64,000 nt of DNA, from NCBI GenBank assembly GCA_001794055.1, contig MGJB01000006.1:90168-154167 (forward strand). Reading direction: 5' to 3'. The notes beneath the pieces are model-generated. The model saw only the letters and a program-made list of their open reading frames with translations. It did not search any database and was not told where the DNA came from. Positions 62,857 to 64,000 of the stretch are shown one piece after another (the stretch's first letter is position 1; each line of letters opens with the position of its first letter). This DNA comes from Candidatus Yanofskybacteria bacterium RIFCSPHIGHO2_01_FULL_41_26 (GTDB lineage: Bacteria; Patescibacteriota; Minisyncoccia; 2-02-FULL-40-12; GWA2-44-9). A program made the position numbers and the translations under genes.

Positions 62857-63345
62857 TTATTTCCAATTGAATAAATGGGATTCCACATTGACATCTCTGG
62901 CCCTGTTACCTTTTTCAGTCCAAATAACATTGCTTACAATTTTTAGTTCAGCTGCGTTAATTTTAGTCAAAGTTATTGTCCTTTTAAAAATAGTATCGGT
63001 TCCGTTTGTATAATTGTACAAACCATTATTTATTTTTAGAGGTGGGTTCGAGCCCAGAGATATCAAAGAATCGGAATCCCATTCGATCCTATAAATACCT
63101 TCGGAAAGACCGCTATCAAAAACAACACCATTGAACCAGTTAGTATCTCTTAATGCCCTGACTACCTCAACGCCTTCTTGAGCCAAATTAGCGCCGATAA
63201 GATTGTTTTTGACAACAGAGGCAGTTGCGGAAAAATTGCTTGCAAGAATAAGCGCCGGCCCCAAAGCAATAGTTAAAATAACCAAAGCCACCAAGGCCTC
63301 AATCAGAGTAAATCCCCTATTCAATTGTTCCCGATGTTGATACAT
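62857..63345 (-). CDS. Type IV minor pilin (PilV-like)
   Basis: RG/FTLIEAL; ANLAQEGVEVVR. Confidence 0.8.
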   Translation of the reverse strand: MYQHREQLNRGFTLIEALVALVILTIALGPALILASNFSATASVVKNNLIGANLAQEGVEVVRALRDTNWFNGVVFDSGLSEGIYRIEWDSDSLISLGSNPPLKINNGLYNYTNGTDTIFKRTITLTKINAAELKIVSNVIWTEKGNRARDVNVESHLFNWK

Positions 63346-63874
63346 TTATTGTTTTGCAGTCCTGAGGGCATGTACCCCCTATCTTGCCGATGGTGATAGA
63401 TATTGAAGCACTCGCAGAAGAATTATTTATAAAAGTTGTCGGATTAGGCGGTTCAAAAAATATATCGCTAAAAGAAGATTTAAATTCGACTTTTGGATCA
63501 TATAAAGTTTTGATGGGTAGAATTTTGAAATCATTGCCGTTAAAATTTCGATCCTCGGAAACGCAGTTAACGACGGAAGCATTAGGTCCCGCATAAACAG
63601 AATAGGATGTATTGTTTTCATAATGGATGCCGTATCCACAGCGAATGGCCAATCCTGCGCCTCCTCCGTCATCAAGCCTGACACTTCCGTTAGCTTTTTC
63701 TTGGGTGGCTCTAACTTGGCCGATAAAATCACTCGCGCTTTCGCTCAAATCCAAGCGGGTTCTTTGAAAACTAATAAGCATGAAAGTTGTTATAATTCCA
63801 GTTATAGATGCCACCACAAGTAATTCTACTAATGTGAACCCTGCGTTTTTAAAAAAAATAGTCAGTAATTTCAT
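63317..63874 (-). CDS. Type IV minor pilin (FimU/GspH-like)
   Basis: AG/FTLVELLVV; IFFEPP. Confidence 0.8.
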   Translation of the reverse strand: MKLLTIFFKNAGFTLVELLVVASITGIITTFMLISFQRTRLDLSESASDFIGQVRATQEKANGSVRLDDGGGAGLAIRCGYGIHYENNTSYSVYAGPNASVVNCVSEDRNFNGNDFKILPIKTLYDPKVEFKSSFSDIFFEPPNPTTFINNSSASASISITIGKIGGTCPQDCKTINVSTSGTIE

Positions 63875-64000
63875 TTTGAAAAATAATTACTAGAATTGAG
63901 ACGCCGGACAAAAAGGAGCCAAAAGGTAAAGCAGTTTTTCGATTGGCCTTCCCCAAAATTATCAATCCAATTCCCACCAAGGCCGCTATCCAAACAGAAA

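Overview
Chromosomal window from a low-GC, standard-code bacterium. Gene content suggests Patescibacteria/CPR, Parcubacteria-like (inference). Positions 1-27 kb are a surface-glycosylation island: GDP-fucose synthase, a GT11 fucosyltransferase, many GT4s, a GT2, an O-antigen-ligase/TPR protein and four GT-C proteins. Next come a 1250-aa S-layer-like protein, a phospholipase C/lamin-tail/beta-propeller protein and a REP-associated tyrosine transposase (RAYT). The rest is housekeeping (hppA, rmuC, sppA, iscA-like, gatCA, ligA), three tRNAs and a minor-pilin cluster. Three signals stand out. (1) The RAYT is bracketed by a 39-bp palindrome whose arms are perfect DnaA boxes, and copies of it sit in-frame inside unrelated genes. 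(2) At least six other small palindrome or heptamer families are also inserted in-frame in proteins. (3) A ~1.6-kb minus-strand transcription unit (48150 to 46533) has a near-consensus promoter, boxA-like motifs, a highly structured and possibly switchable RNA, small ORFs, a degenerate tRNA-Trp and a terminator. All calls were made by eye; no database searches or folding programs were run.
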